The notes under the pieces: generated by a model
What the model saw: the letters and a program-made list of their open reading frames with translations, nothing else
Database searches by the model: none
What the model was told of the DNA's origin: nothing
Program-made: the position numbers and the translations under genes
From: Malacoraja senta
Taxonomy: Eukaryota
Assembly: GCA_038087875.1 (NCBI GenBank)
Contig: JAXLNO010000033.1
Coordinates: 310,001-374,000 of the forward strand
Length of the DNA stretch: 64,000 nt
Direction of reading: 5' to 3'
In this document: positions 24,954 through 37,437 of the stretch, piece by piece
How positions within the stretch are numbered: the first letter of the stretch is position 1
Layout: each line of letters opens with the position of its first letter

Positions 24954-26194
24954 CCCACCAGTCTTACTGTCTCCGACTACATTCTAACTTTGTCCCGATA
25001 CTCCCCTGACATATGTCTGAAAAAGGGTCTCGACCCGAAATGTCGCCCAATCCTTCTCTCTAGAGATGCTGCCTCACCCACTGAGTTACTCCAGCATTTT
25101 GTGTCTGCCTTCCTTCTAGATCTCCGCAAAATCAGCTTGAAAAAGTGTCCAGACTCTAAACCGCACCGAATCATTTTCTGTAGTGATGCTTCCTGATCCG
25201 TTATTCCTTCATTTTTGTACAGCATCTACAGTTCTTTGTTTCTACAATCTCAATGGGCGATCATTGTTTTGCACAGACTCGGTGCGCCGAAAGCACTGTT
25301 TCCACGCTGTATCTTGCAAACATTTCTCTGGGTTTTAGATTCAAAATCAATGACACATGAAATCTCAAAGGAAAATAGAACAACGGAAAACTCTGAAAGA
25401 GGACCTGATAAGGGTCTGTGACGGGGCGCATTCCATTGTTCTGCTCATTCTGCCTGACGTGTACGTGTTTCCGATATTTTCGCCATACATTGATAGATAT
25501 AATCCAATTTAACGAAACAATTACATTGGATCTTAATTTGAACAACAGTCTACCCAAGTGTAGAGTTATAAATCAATGTTTAAAATATATTTGGCTTATT
25601 CGAGTAAATTCCGTACGTATCGAAACAATGAGTAATAAAAGATGGACCTTAATGATTGCCGTTGAAAGATAGGTTAAACAGTGGCCAACGTTGCAATTTT
25701 CACGAAGTCACGATGCAGCTTGATAACACTGTGGGTAGATCGTATTTTGATGATTGCGTGCAGTTCTGCTCGCCCTCTTACAGACTTGGGGGCTGTGAAA
25801 TGAGTGCAGAAGACACTCACCAGAATGCTTCTTGGATTGGTCTGCATTAGCTGCAAAGAGAGGCAGGGAAAACTTGGATTGCTTTCTTTGGAATGTCAAA
25901 GGTTGATGGGATACCTTAAATAAATATGTAACATTAAGAGAGGCATAGATGGTATTGACAGTCAGAAAGGATTCCACATTGAAGGGACTAGAGAGCAAAT
26001 GTTTAAGGGGAGAGGGTTACACTTTGAAGGGGATACGCTGGCAAGAATTTTCGAGAGAGATCCTTGTACCTGGAACGCGCTGCCAGCGATTCTGTTGGAC
26101 GAAGGTGTAAGAGAATGCATGATAATTCATCTTTACGTTGCTGCATGAAACAGCGAACGCAAATCGATCAAGAAATGTGTTCTTTCTTATAATT

Positions 26195-26453
26195 CTCTTT
26201 ATTTTGCATAATATAATAAAAACATATTTATTTTATAGAACAACCGGCTTGTATGGCAGTTATTACGTAACTACATAATTACTAGTAGCTAACGTGATCT
26301 GGCAAACATTGTTTGTTTAAATGACCGACACTAATCCCAATTAATTTGCCTTGATTCGTAGTCGTATGTTTTCTCTGGGGAATAAGCTACTAACTTTAAA
26401 AGTTATAAGCGACCTGCCAGACCATTGCCAGGAAACGTCCATGATCTTTGAGC
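26195..26453 (+). promoter_or_regulatory. Putative proximal promoter/5'UTR of GPCR copy 2
   Basis: Blocks ttttatagaacaa / ggcagttatt / ctaacgtga / ttgtttg / gacactaatcccaat.aatttgccttgatt are shared with the regions upstream of copies 3 and 4. TAATCC at 26332-26337. Confidence 0.55.
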
Positions 26454-26523
26454 ATGGCACTACCGGTACTCAACCAGGTTGAGAATATTTTCTACCCTAT
26501 TCTTGCCATCATTGGTGTTCCTG
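26454..26523 (+). CDS. GPR139-like GPCR copy 2, coding exon 1 (MALPVLNQVENIFYPILAIIGVP + G)
   Basis: ATG at 26454, 23 codons + 1 nt, then donor gtaagt at 26524. Phase 1 joins exon 2 in frame (G|CG = Ala). Paralogous to 33997 and 48834. Confidence 0.88.
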
Positions 26524-27297
26524 GTAAGTCCTTTATTCTTTTCAGCCGATGAACCGACGTGTTGCCTATACTGTTAAAATATGTTTGCTATGACTTATTG
26601 CCCGAGCAATTATCGACATCAAAAACACATTCATCACAATTCTATCTACTGCCATTAGATCCTGTGCCATTTAGACGGACACATCGATAGGCAGTGATCG
26701 TAGGATATAGACCACCTGTAAACGCAAGTTTTGTTCAAAATGGCGTTACGTTTGGTCTAACCATTGTAGACCGAAGAACGTGTTACTGTGCTTTACTCGC
26801 TTATTGTGGAGACACAGCATGGGAGCTAACCCTTTGGGCACGGAGTCCCCGCCGAGCTTCGATTACACGTTCACACTGATTCCATATTATCGCAATTACC
26901 CATTCACTCGCCACTGGCAAAATGAGCAAAGTTCACACAGACAGCGGGTTAGTCTATGCCGGTGTTCTCAGTTCAGTGTTGTATGTTCAAAGTTGAATGT
27001 TCTAGACCTGTTCTCTGTTCAATGAGCGGAAATGACTTTAATCATACCGATCATGATGAGCATTTGATCTGTGGATTGTCAATAATTTAGGGCGCAAGTC
27101 CTCGGCTAGAAATACAGATCTATGTTCATGGATTAGTGCGAATGGATTATGTAAATCCAACCGTTACGTTGCAGAGGGTGCGGGATAAAAATCAATAAAT
27201 TATGAATTTATTTTTGACATTGTCTCCCAATGAGAAGCAGGCGAGATCCTGCCACGGCTCCTCCACTGGCGCAACTCGTATTCACGGGTTCATTCTG

Positions 27298-28191
27298 GGT
27301 GGCAGTGTGAACTGTGAGGAGGATGCTATGAGAATTGGACAGGTTGGGGGAGTGGGCAGATGCATGGCAGATGAAGTTTAATGCGGATCAATGTGAGGTT
27401 ATCCACTTTGGTAGCATAAACAAGAAGGCAGATTACTATCTAAATGATGTCAAGTTGGCAAAAAGGGGAAGTACAACGGGATCTGGGGGCCCTTGTACAT
27501 CAGTCTATGAAAGTAAGCATGCAGGTACAGCAGGCAGTGATCAAAGCGCATGACATGTTGGCCTTTATAACAAGAGGAATCGAATATAGGAGCAAAGAGG
27601 TCCTTATGCAGTAGTACAGAGTCCTAGTGAGACCACACCTGGAGTATTGTGTGCAGTTTTGCTCCCCTAATTTGAGGAAGAACCTTCTTGCTATTGAGGG
27701 AGTGCAGCGTAGGTTTACAAAGTTAATTGCCGGGATGGCGGGACTATCATATGCTGATAGAATGGAGCAGCTGGGCTTATACACTCTGGAGTTTAGAAGG
27801 ATGAGAGGGGTTCTCATTGAAACATATAAGATTGTTAAGGGCTTGGACACACTAGAGGCAGGAAACATGTTCCCGATGTTGGGGGAGTCCAGAACCAGGG
27901 GCCACAGTTTAAGAATAAAGAGTAAGCCATTTAGAACGGAGACGAGGAAACACTTTTTCTCACAGAGAGTGGTGTGTGTGTGGAATTCTCTGCCTCAGAG
28001 GGCGGTGGAGGCAGGTTATCTGGATGCGTTCAAGAGAGAGCTAGATAGGGCTCTTAAAAATAGCGGTGAGGGGATATGGGGAGAAGGCAGGAACGGGGTA
28101 TTGATTTGGGATGATCAGCCATGATCACATTGAATGGGGTGCTGGCTCGAAAGGCCAAATGGTCTCCTTCTGCACCTACTGTCTATTGTCT
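27298..28191 (+). mobile_element. CR1 3' fragment in the intron of GPCR copy 2
   Basis: RPHLEYCVQF, RTRGHSLRI and tail ctattgtctatt; flanked by attctg at 27292 and 28192; absent from the paralogous introns. Confidence 0.85.
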
Positions 28192-28909
28192 ATTCTGTCC
28201 CCCACTGTATTAATAGGAGCTCGCAGCTGTTGTGCGACACCAATGTGTAGCTGGTCCGGACTTTTCTACTTCCAGTAGAGGCATTAAATAAACCAGATTG
28301 TATTTGTTATTCATCGCCAAATCAAAAAACACTGACATCTAATGCGGCGAATTTTGCTCCTGCGATATAGATGGTGACAAGTACGGTTCATCTCTTCTAT
28401 GTCGCTTAAAATACATAATCGGATTCACCCACTGATTTTTCTTTTGACGGGAACTTCCAAAATTCACAAATGATTCCACAAAAAATGATGTGTTACCGAC
28501 AACCTGCTGGGAAAAGTAAACAGCGAGCAACTTTTCGCAAGTCGAAGGAAACTGGACACTGGGCCGCACTCACAGCGCAGGAGACCGCGTTCGATCCTGA
28601 CCTCTGCTGCTGACTGTGTGAAGTTTGCGCGTCCTCCCTGTGACCATGTGTGTTCACCCGGTGCTTCAGTATGCCGTGATTCTGTAAATCCAGTTATGAC
28701 ATTGGCCGCAGGATTCTGTTCATTGTTGTTTAGCAAAATTCACATATATTATTTCCCTTTCATCCATAAAGATGTGTGGGCGACACGACGAAAAGGAGCA
28801 GCTTACCGAATCAATAAAACGATTCACTTTCATACGAAGTACTGTCAAAGTAATATTCTCCTAGAAAAATAAATTAGTTATTTTAATTTTAATTTCGTCT
28901 TTTCTACAG

Positions 28910-29820
28910 CGAACCTGTTTGCAATCGTTATCCTCTCCCGGAGAAAGTGTGGTCTCTCTAAATGTATCACCCTCTATCTGGTATCCATGGCCGTAGCTGA
29001 TCTAATGGTTCTGATATTCGAGGTAATTCTCTCAGAGATTACAGGAGCCCATTTTCCGTTTTCATTCCTCAACCGTTCTCACATTTGTAAGCTGCACATT
29101 TTCTTGATTTGTATTTTTCTTGATTGCTCTGTCTGGCTAACAGTGACTTTCACCTTCGATCGATTTATCACTATTTGCAGTATGAATTTACGAGCAGAAT
29201 ATTGCACTGAGAAAACTGCGGCTTTGGTGATAGCACTGACGTGTATCTTGTGTATTATTCAAAATATTCCAGTATACATTTCCCTTGTGCCTATACAACT
29301 AGTTGACAATGTGGCTTGGTACTGTTGGACATCATCGGAAATCTACACCTCACCAATATGGGCAGCTCTTTGGGTGATCGAAACAATTCTAACCCCATTT
29401 GCACCAATTTTAATAATCATGCTCCTCAACGCCATGACAATAAGACACATTGTACACGCCAATAGAGTGAGGAGCATTCTCCGAGGGAGCAAAAATACCC
29501 AGACCGGCGCAGATATCGAGGTGGAGAACAGAAGGAAGTCCATCGTTCTATTGCTGGCCATATCCGGTAGCTTCGTACTACTTTGGATGGTGACCTTCGT
29601 GTGTTTCCTGAGTGCATACTTCCTGGACGTTCACATTTTAGGATCAGATTACGACGATCCATTTACCATTGCAGAACAGTCCGGATATATGCTGAGGGCT
29701 CTGAGTTCCTGTACCAACACGTTTATTTATGGGGTGTCCCAGAAAAAATTCAGGGATGAATTAAAAAATGTGATTAAGAATCCATTCGTCTTTTTTTCCA
29801 ATTTAATAAAGTGTTTTTGA
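28910..29820 (+). CDS. GPR139-like GPCR copy 2, coding exon 2 (spliced protein 326 aa)
   Basis: Acceptor tcgtcttttctacag ends at 28909. Intact frame ANLFAIVILSRRKCGLSKC...TFDRFITIC...NTFIY...KCF*. Confidence 0.92.
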
Positions 29821-30273
29821 TGCCACGGTGAAACTGAAAATTATTTTCGAAATTACCTCGTGTTCGAGGTTATATTATTGCATCTCACGTTCCGAGATAC
29901 CATACGCACCATAGAGTCAATACCGACTGTCATGGTACTCCTTGCAGCCCCTTTGTCCTCCGCATGCCTATTCAATGTACCCCCTTACATGCCACTCAAA
30001 TCCCCACTAACGCCCCAGCAGCCCAACTGTTATATGACTATATCATGGAGGCCATTAACTCCGTCAACCAATTTGCGTCTTTGAGACGTGGACGGGATGT
30101 CGTGCCCACGAGATAAATCCCCGCGGTGGCAGGAAGATACTGTACATGGGAAATCCACATTCATCACAGAACAGAATCAAGAAGGAGTCTGCAGATACAT
30201 TATCTTCAATAGATAGACACAAAATGCTGGAGCAACTCAGCGCGACAGGCAGAATCTCTGATGAGAAGGAATA

Positions 30274-30307
30274 GGTGACGTTTCGGGTCGAGACCCTTCT
30301 TCAGACT
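30274..30307 (-). ncRNA. Minimal type I hammerhead ribozyme motif in a Penelope-derived repeat
   Basis: Minus strand reads agt-CTGAAGA-a-GGGT-ctcg-ACCC-GAAA-CGTC-acc. Confidence 0.65.
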
Positions 30308-30639
30308 AGCAGATATTGATTTCAAAAAAAGGACACATGTGGTGGAGTAAATCAGCAGGTCAGGCAGCATCTCTGGGGAACAAGGATGGGTGACGCAATA
30401 ACAAGGATCTTCAAGTGTTGCTTTATGCCGAAGACAGAGACGAAACGCGGAGTAAATCGTCTTTGGAGAACATGGATCGGCGACTTATTGGATCGGAACC
30501 CTTCTTCAGACTAAATACGGTTTAGTCCAACCCGAAACAGCACCAGACCATGTTCTCCACGAATGTTGCCTGATTCCCGGAGTTACACAGCATTATGTGG
30601 CTTTGTTACGTTTTGGGTCGATACAGTAAAGACCTGTGT

Positions 30640-31615
30640 GCCTTTTCTGGACCTTGTTATTTCCATCTGCCGGCGCGACATCAACTGCCTTGAATTCTCT
30701 ACCCAACTTACCGATCTCACCCCTTCTGAACGCAGAGCCCTCCCCTCTCGCAGCAAAAATCCAGACATTGTTAGTAAACCCACCAATAAGGGAGATGACT
30801 TTGTAATCTGGCGGGCTGACCTCTACCCACTGAGGTAAGAGATCAGCTCTTGCGCACCTCCTCATACTTACACATCGACCTTGATCCCACGGACGCACAC
30901 TAGGCCATCACCTCCCAGGCTGTTTCTGATCACAGCGCCTCCGGCGATCTCCCCTCCACAAGCACCATCCTCATCATTCCCCGGCCCCACGCTGTCCGCT
31001 TCTACGTCCTCCCCAAAATCCACAAAGCAGACAGCATTGGCAGACCCATTGTCATTGTTTTCTGCTGCCCCGTTGAACCCGTCTCTACGTACGTCCATTC
31101 CATTTCATCCCTCGTCTTGAGCTACTTCACACCTCCGTCAACCACAACACACTCGCCCTTCATCTCTTTAATAACATTAGCTATCGAGGCACCATTGCGT
31201 CATTCTCACCATGGTCGTTCAATTCCATCACATCTCTCTCCAGCTCTGAGTTTCAAGGCATTCCGCTTCTTCCTCGAATAGAGACACATTCAATGCCCCT
31301 TTCCTAACACTCTTCTCCGCCGGCGCAATATCTCCTCGCCCGGAACAACTTATCTTTAGACTATTCTCACTTTCACCAAGTTAAAGGTTAAGCCACGTGG
31401 TCCCGAATGAACACTGGATATGCATGCATTTTGGTCGGGTACGTCGAACAATCCTTGTTCCAGGTGTACATTAGCCCTATCCTCCGTCTTTCACCGCCAC
31501 ATCTACGACTGCATCGGGGCTGCCTCCTGCATCAGTGATGTATTAGTTCATTTAATTTCCTTAAACACTAACGTCCACTTTGCCTCCAAATTCACGAGGA
31601 CAATCCCTCCCACCA
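30640..31615 (+). mobile_element. Penelope-like element RT fragment (decayed)
   Basis: IVSKPTNKG (KPADKG-like) and FYVLPKIHK...GRPIV. Confidence 0.75.
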
Positions 31616-31919
31616 CCCCGAGTGCCGATGAAATAATTTCAATTTCTTGATTGAAGCATTTTTGGAAACTGCTCAATGTTTAGTTTAGTCGGACAGTTTC
31701 GCTCATTCACGGTGTTGCAGGCTCAGAGAGTTGGAAATAGCTGTCCATTAATCTAATCACCGCCGATTGACAGAATGTATGAGCGCACCTGAAACATTCA
31801 CTAGTGGGTACCGGTCTAATTCTACACTCTACCATTGACTTGCAGGCGAGACTATTTCCAGATTGCAAAGCACAATACTGGCCTCTGTATTGCACAACTA
31901 TATATGGAGGTCGCTACCG

Positions 31920-32830
31920 CAGTGGACACAAATTGCCGGAGTAACTCAGCGGGTGAGGCAGCATCTATGAAGAGAAGGAATTGTCGACGTTTCGGGTCGA
32001 GACCCTTCTTCAGATTGATGTCAGGGGAGGCGGCTGGACAAAGAAAGAATGTAGGCGGAGACAGTAAGACATGGGGGAGAACTGGGAAGGGGAGGGGATG
32101 GAAAGAGAAAGCAAGGGCTACCTGAAGTTTGAGAAGTCAATGTTCATACAGTTGGGTGTAAACTACCCAAGCGAAATACGAGGTGCTGTTCCACCAATTT
32201 GGCTGGGCCTCACTCTGACAATGGAGGAGGCCCAGAACAGAAAGGTCTGATTGGGAATGGGAGGGGGTGTTGATGTGCTGGGCCATCGGGAGATCCGCTT
32301 GGGTAAGACGGACTGAGTGGAGGTGTTCAGTGAAATGATCGCCGATCCCGCGCTTGGTCTCGCCGATATAAAGAAGTTGACACCAGGAACAGCGGATGCA
32401 ATATATAAGGTTGGAGGAGGTGCAGGTGAACCTCTGCATCACCTGGAAAGACTGTTTGGGTCCTTGAATGGAGTCGAGGGGGAAGGTTAAGGAACAGGTG
32501 TTGCATCTCCTGCGGTTGCAGGGGAATTACCAGGGGAGGGGGTGGTTTGGGTGAGAAGGGACGAGTTGACCAAGGAGTTACGGGGGGAACGGTCTCTGCG
32601 AAAAGTTGAAAGCGGTGGAGATGGGAAGACGTGGCCAGTAGTGGGATCCCTTTGGAGGTGTCGAAATGTTGGAGGATTATATGCTGTATGCGACGGCTGA
32701 TGGGGTGGAAGGTGAGGACAAGGGGGCTCTGTCATTGTTACGAGTGGGGGGAGGGGGAGTAAGAGCGGAGCTGCGGGATATCGGAGAGACCCCAGTGAGA
32801 GCATCATCTATAATAGAAGAGGGGAATTAT
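31920..32830 (-). mobile_element. Penelope-like element 3' end (GIY-YIG endonuclease plus terminal repeat with hammerhead motif)
   Basis: FTCTSSNLIYCIRCSWCQLLYIGETKR..HF.EH on the minus strand, followed by the HHR-containing repeat. Confidence 0.85.
31983..32016 (-). ncRNA. Minimal hammerhead ribozyme motif at the 3' end of the Penelope element
   Basis: Minus strand reads aat-CTGAAGA-a-GGGT-ctcg-ACCC-GAAA-CGTC-gac. Confidence 0.6.
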
Positions 32831-33739
32831 TCTGCATTATTGAAGCTGATTGGGCATATTCCTACTTAAGTCAATATTTATCTCTTTCATCCTGCTGGCA
32901 TAGAGATAGACATCGGTTGTAAGTTTGCAGATAAAGCAAATATTGCTGGAAAGGGGGAAAGGCTGTCAAACTACAGTGGATGTATTCAGCTGTAGAAATA
33001 GGCGGGAAAATGGATTAAAATCCCAGTAACTGGGAGGTGTTGCATTTGGGGAGTTCAATGTAAGACGAAGCCATAAGGTTGACAACAGGTCCCGTAACAA
33101 CACGAAGGTGCAGAACGATGTTAGGGTTCAGATCCATAGCTCCCCAAAGGTGGCACCACAAGCAGAAAGAATGGTAAAGGAGGCGTATGGAATCCCTGCC
33201 TTCATTGTGCGGGCTTTGATTGTGAATGTCACGAAGTCATGATGCAGTTCTCTCACACTTTCGTTAGGACTCACTTGGAGCGCTGTGAGCAGTTCTAGCC
33301 GCCCGCTAATAGCAATGAGGCGGAGGCTTTGTAGTGGGTGAGAAATGTTCAATTGAACTGTATTAGTTACAAGGAGAACATGGACAAACCTGGATCGTTT
33401 TTTCCATTATGACGAAGGTTGAAGTGAGCCCTGATATAAATATATAATATTATGAGAGGCATAGATGAGATAGACAGTCAGAGACGTTTTCCATGCTGGG
33501 ATGGTCGAGAGGGCATATATTCAAGGTGAGTCAACGTTTAAAGGAGGTACACAGGCACGTTTTTATTATTTGCAGGAAATGGAACGGGCTGCCAGGAATG
33601 GTGGTGGAAACAGTTGTGAGAATGCGGTGCAAGAGGCTTTCAGATTGGCACATGGATATGCGTGGATAATTCAACATTACCTTGCTGCAGGAAGCAGAGA
33701 ATGCGAATATACTATCAAATATATGTTCGGACATATTTC

Positions 33740-33996
33740 TCTCTATTTTGTGCAATAGAATAACGTAATATCTATTTTATAGAACAACCGACATTGCTGG
33801 CAGTTATTACACAATAACATACTTAGCAGCCTCTAACGTGAGGAGGCTAAATTTGTTTGGATAAGTGACTGACACTAATCCCAATGAATTTGCCTTGATT
33901 AGTATTCATAGGTTTTCTCTGGAAAATATGCAGGTAACTTTAACAACTTAAAAAGCCTGTCAGACCACTGGCAGGAAACGTCGATTATCTCTGGAC
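33740..33996 (+). promoter_or_regulatory. Putative proximal promoter/5'UTR of GPCR copy 3
   Basis: Same conserved blocks; TAATCC at 33876-33881. Confidence 0.5.
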
Positions 33997-34066
33997 ATGG
34001 AACTGCCGGTACTCAAACAGGTAGAGAATATCTTCTACCCTATCTTTGTCATCATTGGTGTTCCTG
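33997..34066 (+). pseudogene. GPR139-like GPCR copy 3, exon 1 (MELPVLKQVENIFYPIFVIIGVP), itself intact
   Basis: ATG at 33997, 70 nt, donor gtaaac at 34067. Its partner exon 2 is disrupted. Confidence 0.85.
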
Positions 34067-35794
34067 GTAAACGCTTTATTATTCTGTACCTATGTTTCGC
34101 CGTCTAGCCTTTACTGTTAAAAATATCTGTGTTATTACTTATTGCTTGAGTTACTGATCCAATTATTGTCACCGAAAATGTAAACTACACAATCGAGTCA
34201 ATTGCCAATAGATCCAGCATCGTTTAGACAGGCAGATGGACAAGCAGAGATCGGAGGATATAGACATATATAAACGTGAGCTTTGTTTAAATTGGCGTTA
34301 CATTTGGTATAGACCTTGTAGATTGAGGCACCTGCCCCTGTGCTGTACCCCAAATACTTTAAAGATACAGTATGGAAGCAGACTCGTTGGTCACCGAGTC
34401 CACACCGATCATGGATCACCCCTTTACACCATTTCAATGTTATCCCACATTCTCGTTCACTCCTTACACACTATGGGACATTTTACAGTGGCCAATTAAT
34501 CTACAAACCCGCACGTCATTCGGATGTGGGAGGAATTCGGAGCACCCGGAGGAAACCAACGTGGACACAGGCAGAACGTTCCAGGATCACTCATATAGGA
34601 TTGGACTGTGTTGATACTATTGTGTGTGTTCTGGCGGTGCTCTTTGCTCTGTGATCGGAAAAAAAGCTTTCATATTATCGATAGGGATGAGCAATTAATC
34701 GGTCGATTGTCAATAATATAGGGCGCGTGTCCTAGGTTGGAAAATCGGGTATATATTTCGTGCGTCAGTGGGATTGGATTGGCTAAATTAGGCACGCATT
34801 ATGTTGCGGAGGCTGTGTATTAGAAGAAACAAGAAACCATAATTTTGTTATAACTTTTCCTCCAAAGGAGAATCTGGCGTGCTCCTGCCACGGCACAGCT
34901 GCTTGTGCGCCTCATATTCACCGGTTATGTCCGTCGCACAATGAATTAACAGGTGTATACAGATGTGCGATACCAATCTGTAGTTGGTGCGGACGTTTCT
35001 TACTCCATCAACGGTGTGAAAAAAAAGACTAATTATTATTAATCGCCAAATCGAAGTGGACTGATGACGCATGCGGTGAATGCTGCCTAACGATATGAAG
35101 GGCGGCAAGTTCAGTCAATCTGGTCTGTGTCTCGTCCAACTGTAATCGGTGTTTCCTTTGATGAGCTCTTCTCAATTTCCCCAAAGTTTCTGCAATGAGC
35201 CGATGCCCGAGCGACAACATGTGGATAAGTAACCTACCAGCCAGCAGTATACGAGACGATACGATCAAACTTTATGCATCCCCAGAGGGAAATTGGTCTG
35301 CCGACAGTCACAACACACAAGGTACAGAAAAACTTGAAATTTAAAGTGAAAACAAAAATAAAAATACAAGCGAGTGTTTGGTGGCTGCCGTGTACACAGC
35401 ACCTTCACCGGAACAAATGAACAAACAAGAGCAGACTTATCCCCTGGGCCGAGGATTCAGAACTAGAGTGCCCCCCCCCCCCCGCACACCGGGTCCCCCT
35501 TTTTCTCCCACCGTCCCTCACGGTGATCCCCCCACGCCGGGGCCTCCATCGTTCTTCACGTTGGTCCCCGCCGGGTCCACATTGTCACCCCCTCCCCCAC
35601 CCTCACGCTCATAGACCGCTGATCGCGGGTCGACCGCGGGGCCATCCCGCCATCGAGGCTCCCGTTGCCGCCGAGGCCCCCGCTGCCGCCGAGGCTATTT
35701 CGCACGTAGAAGGACAACGGAGCACCTGGCTGCACATTAGCGGAGCTCGGAGTGTTGCTGCCTTCCAGCACCGGAGACATGGTTTGACAGAGAA

Positions 35795-36230
35795 ATATCG
35801 AAACATAGAAAATAGGTGCAGGAGTTGGGCATTCGGCCCCTCGAGCCAGCACTGCCATTCAATATGATCATGGCTGATCATCCAAAATCAGTACCCCGTT
35901 CCTGCTTTTTCCCCAGATCCCATGATTCTGTTAGCCCTAAGAGCTAAATCTAACTCTCTCTGGAAAACATTCAGTGAATTGGCCTCCACTGACATTTGTG
36001 GCAGAGAATTCCACAGATTCACAACTCTCATAGGTGAAAAGCCCCCCCCCCATCCCCCCCATCTCAGTCCTAAATAGCCTACCCCTTATTCTTAAACGGT
36101 GATCCCTGGACTCCCCTAACATAGCGAACATATTTCCTGCATCGAGCTTGCCCAATCCCTTAAGAATATTATATGTTTCTATACGTTACCCTCTCATCCT
36201 TCTAAATTCCAGTGATTACAAGCCCAGTCG
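35795..36230 (-). mobile_element. CR1 3' fragment in the copy-3 intron, splitting a SINE
   Basis: gaaacatagaaaataggtgcaggagt head; absent from the copy-4 paralogous intron, where the SINE is contiguous (~49400-49720). Confidence 0.7.
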
Positions 36231-37210
36231 ACACATTATTTCGACCCAGGGACGCTTCTTGAGTGGAATTTTCACGTGCTCCCTGTTGATTGCGTTGATT
36301 CAAAATGCAGCTCTGGCTTCTTCCATATCCCAAAGATCCGGGCGCTCTAGATTCCTCTCACAACCCGTCCTGCATTGTCGGGGATCTGGATTCTGTAATT
36401 TGCTTCTAGTTTGCAGGGAATGGATGCGAATGTTGGGTAACGTTGAACTAGTGTGAATGGGTGATAGATGACCGGCACGACTCGGTGTGCCGGGCGCTGT
36501 TAACATGCTGCACAAATCAATCAATCCATCAAGCAATGACCCAGGGAGAACCTACGCCCGCACAGGGAGAAGGTGCAAACAGCACCAGTGATCAGTATCG
36601 ATCCTAGTTCGCTGGGGCTGTCAGGCAGCAGTGCTCCTGCTGTCCATTTGCCTTGAGGGAAAGGGCCGAAAAAATTCGGACGCCTTATAAAGCAAGTGCG
36701 ATATGAAATATAGTTTACCAGAGGCGTGAATTGGATGCAGTATTTGCATTCATATCTATCGCGAAACCAATCTGCGACTGGTTGTGAGGAAGGTACGTCT
36801 GCCAACGACACATACCGTAGACTCGCTGCGATTTACTCCTGTATCCAATGTATTCGACCTGCTTTGACTACAGAATGCTTCCTGTTTTAAAGTTGATGCT
36901 ACGTTCTGCCTGCACATAGAAGGTTTTACGATAAGGTATGGCGCTGGACAGTGATATGCAAGTTAGTTTATATTCTTTGCTCTCCGCGTTCCTCCGTGGA
37001 CGAGAGAATAACCGTCACAATTAATTTGAATCAACCATGCCCATCAGAAATTAAAAATCTTTCTTCGATGCACCGTGGGTCTGTTTATGCAGTCATTTCA
37101 TTTTCCGCAGTTCTGTTCATTATTAGTTTCCGAACTGCAACTTCCGGGTATTCATTCAATAATCAGAGATGTGTAGGCGACACGTGTAAAAGGAGCGTGT
37201 TATATATTCC

Positions 37211-37244
37211 AGTCTGAGGAAGGGGCTCGACCCGAAACGTCACC
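37211..37244 (+). ncRNA. Minimal hammerhead ribozyme motif, sense strand of the copy-3 intron
   Basis: agt-CTGAGGA-a-GGG-gctcga-CCC-GAAA-CGTC-acc. Confidence 0.6.
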
Positions 37245-37437
37245 TATCCTTCGCTCCATAGATGCTGCCTCACCCGCTGAGTTTCTCCAGCATTTTTATC
37301 TACCTTCGATTTTTCCAGCATCTGCAGTTCATTCTTAAATATTAAAATACTCCATTTACTTTCGTTCGAACAACTGTGAAACTGATGTTCTCCTGGAAAA
37401 ATGAATGTTGGTGATTTAAGTTTCGTATTTCCCACAG

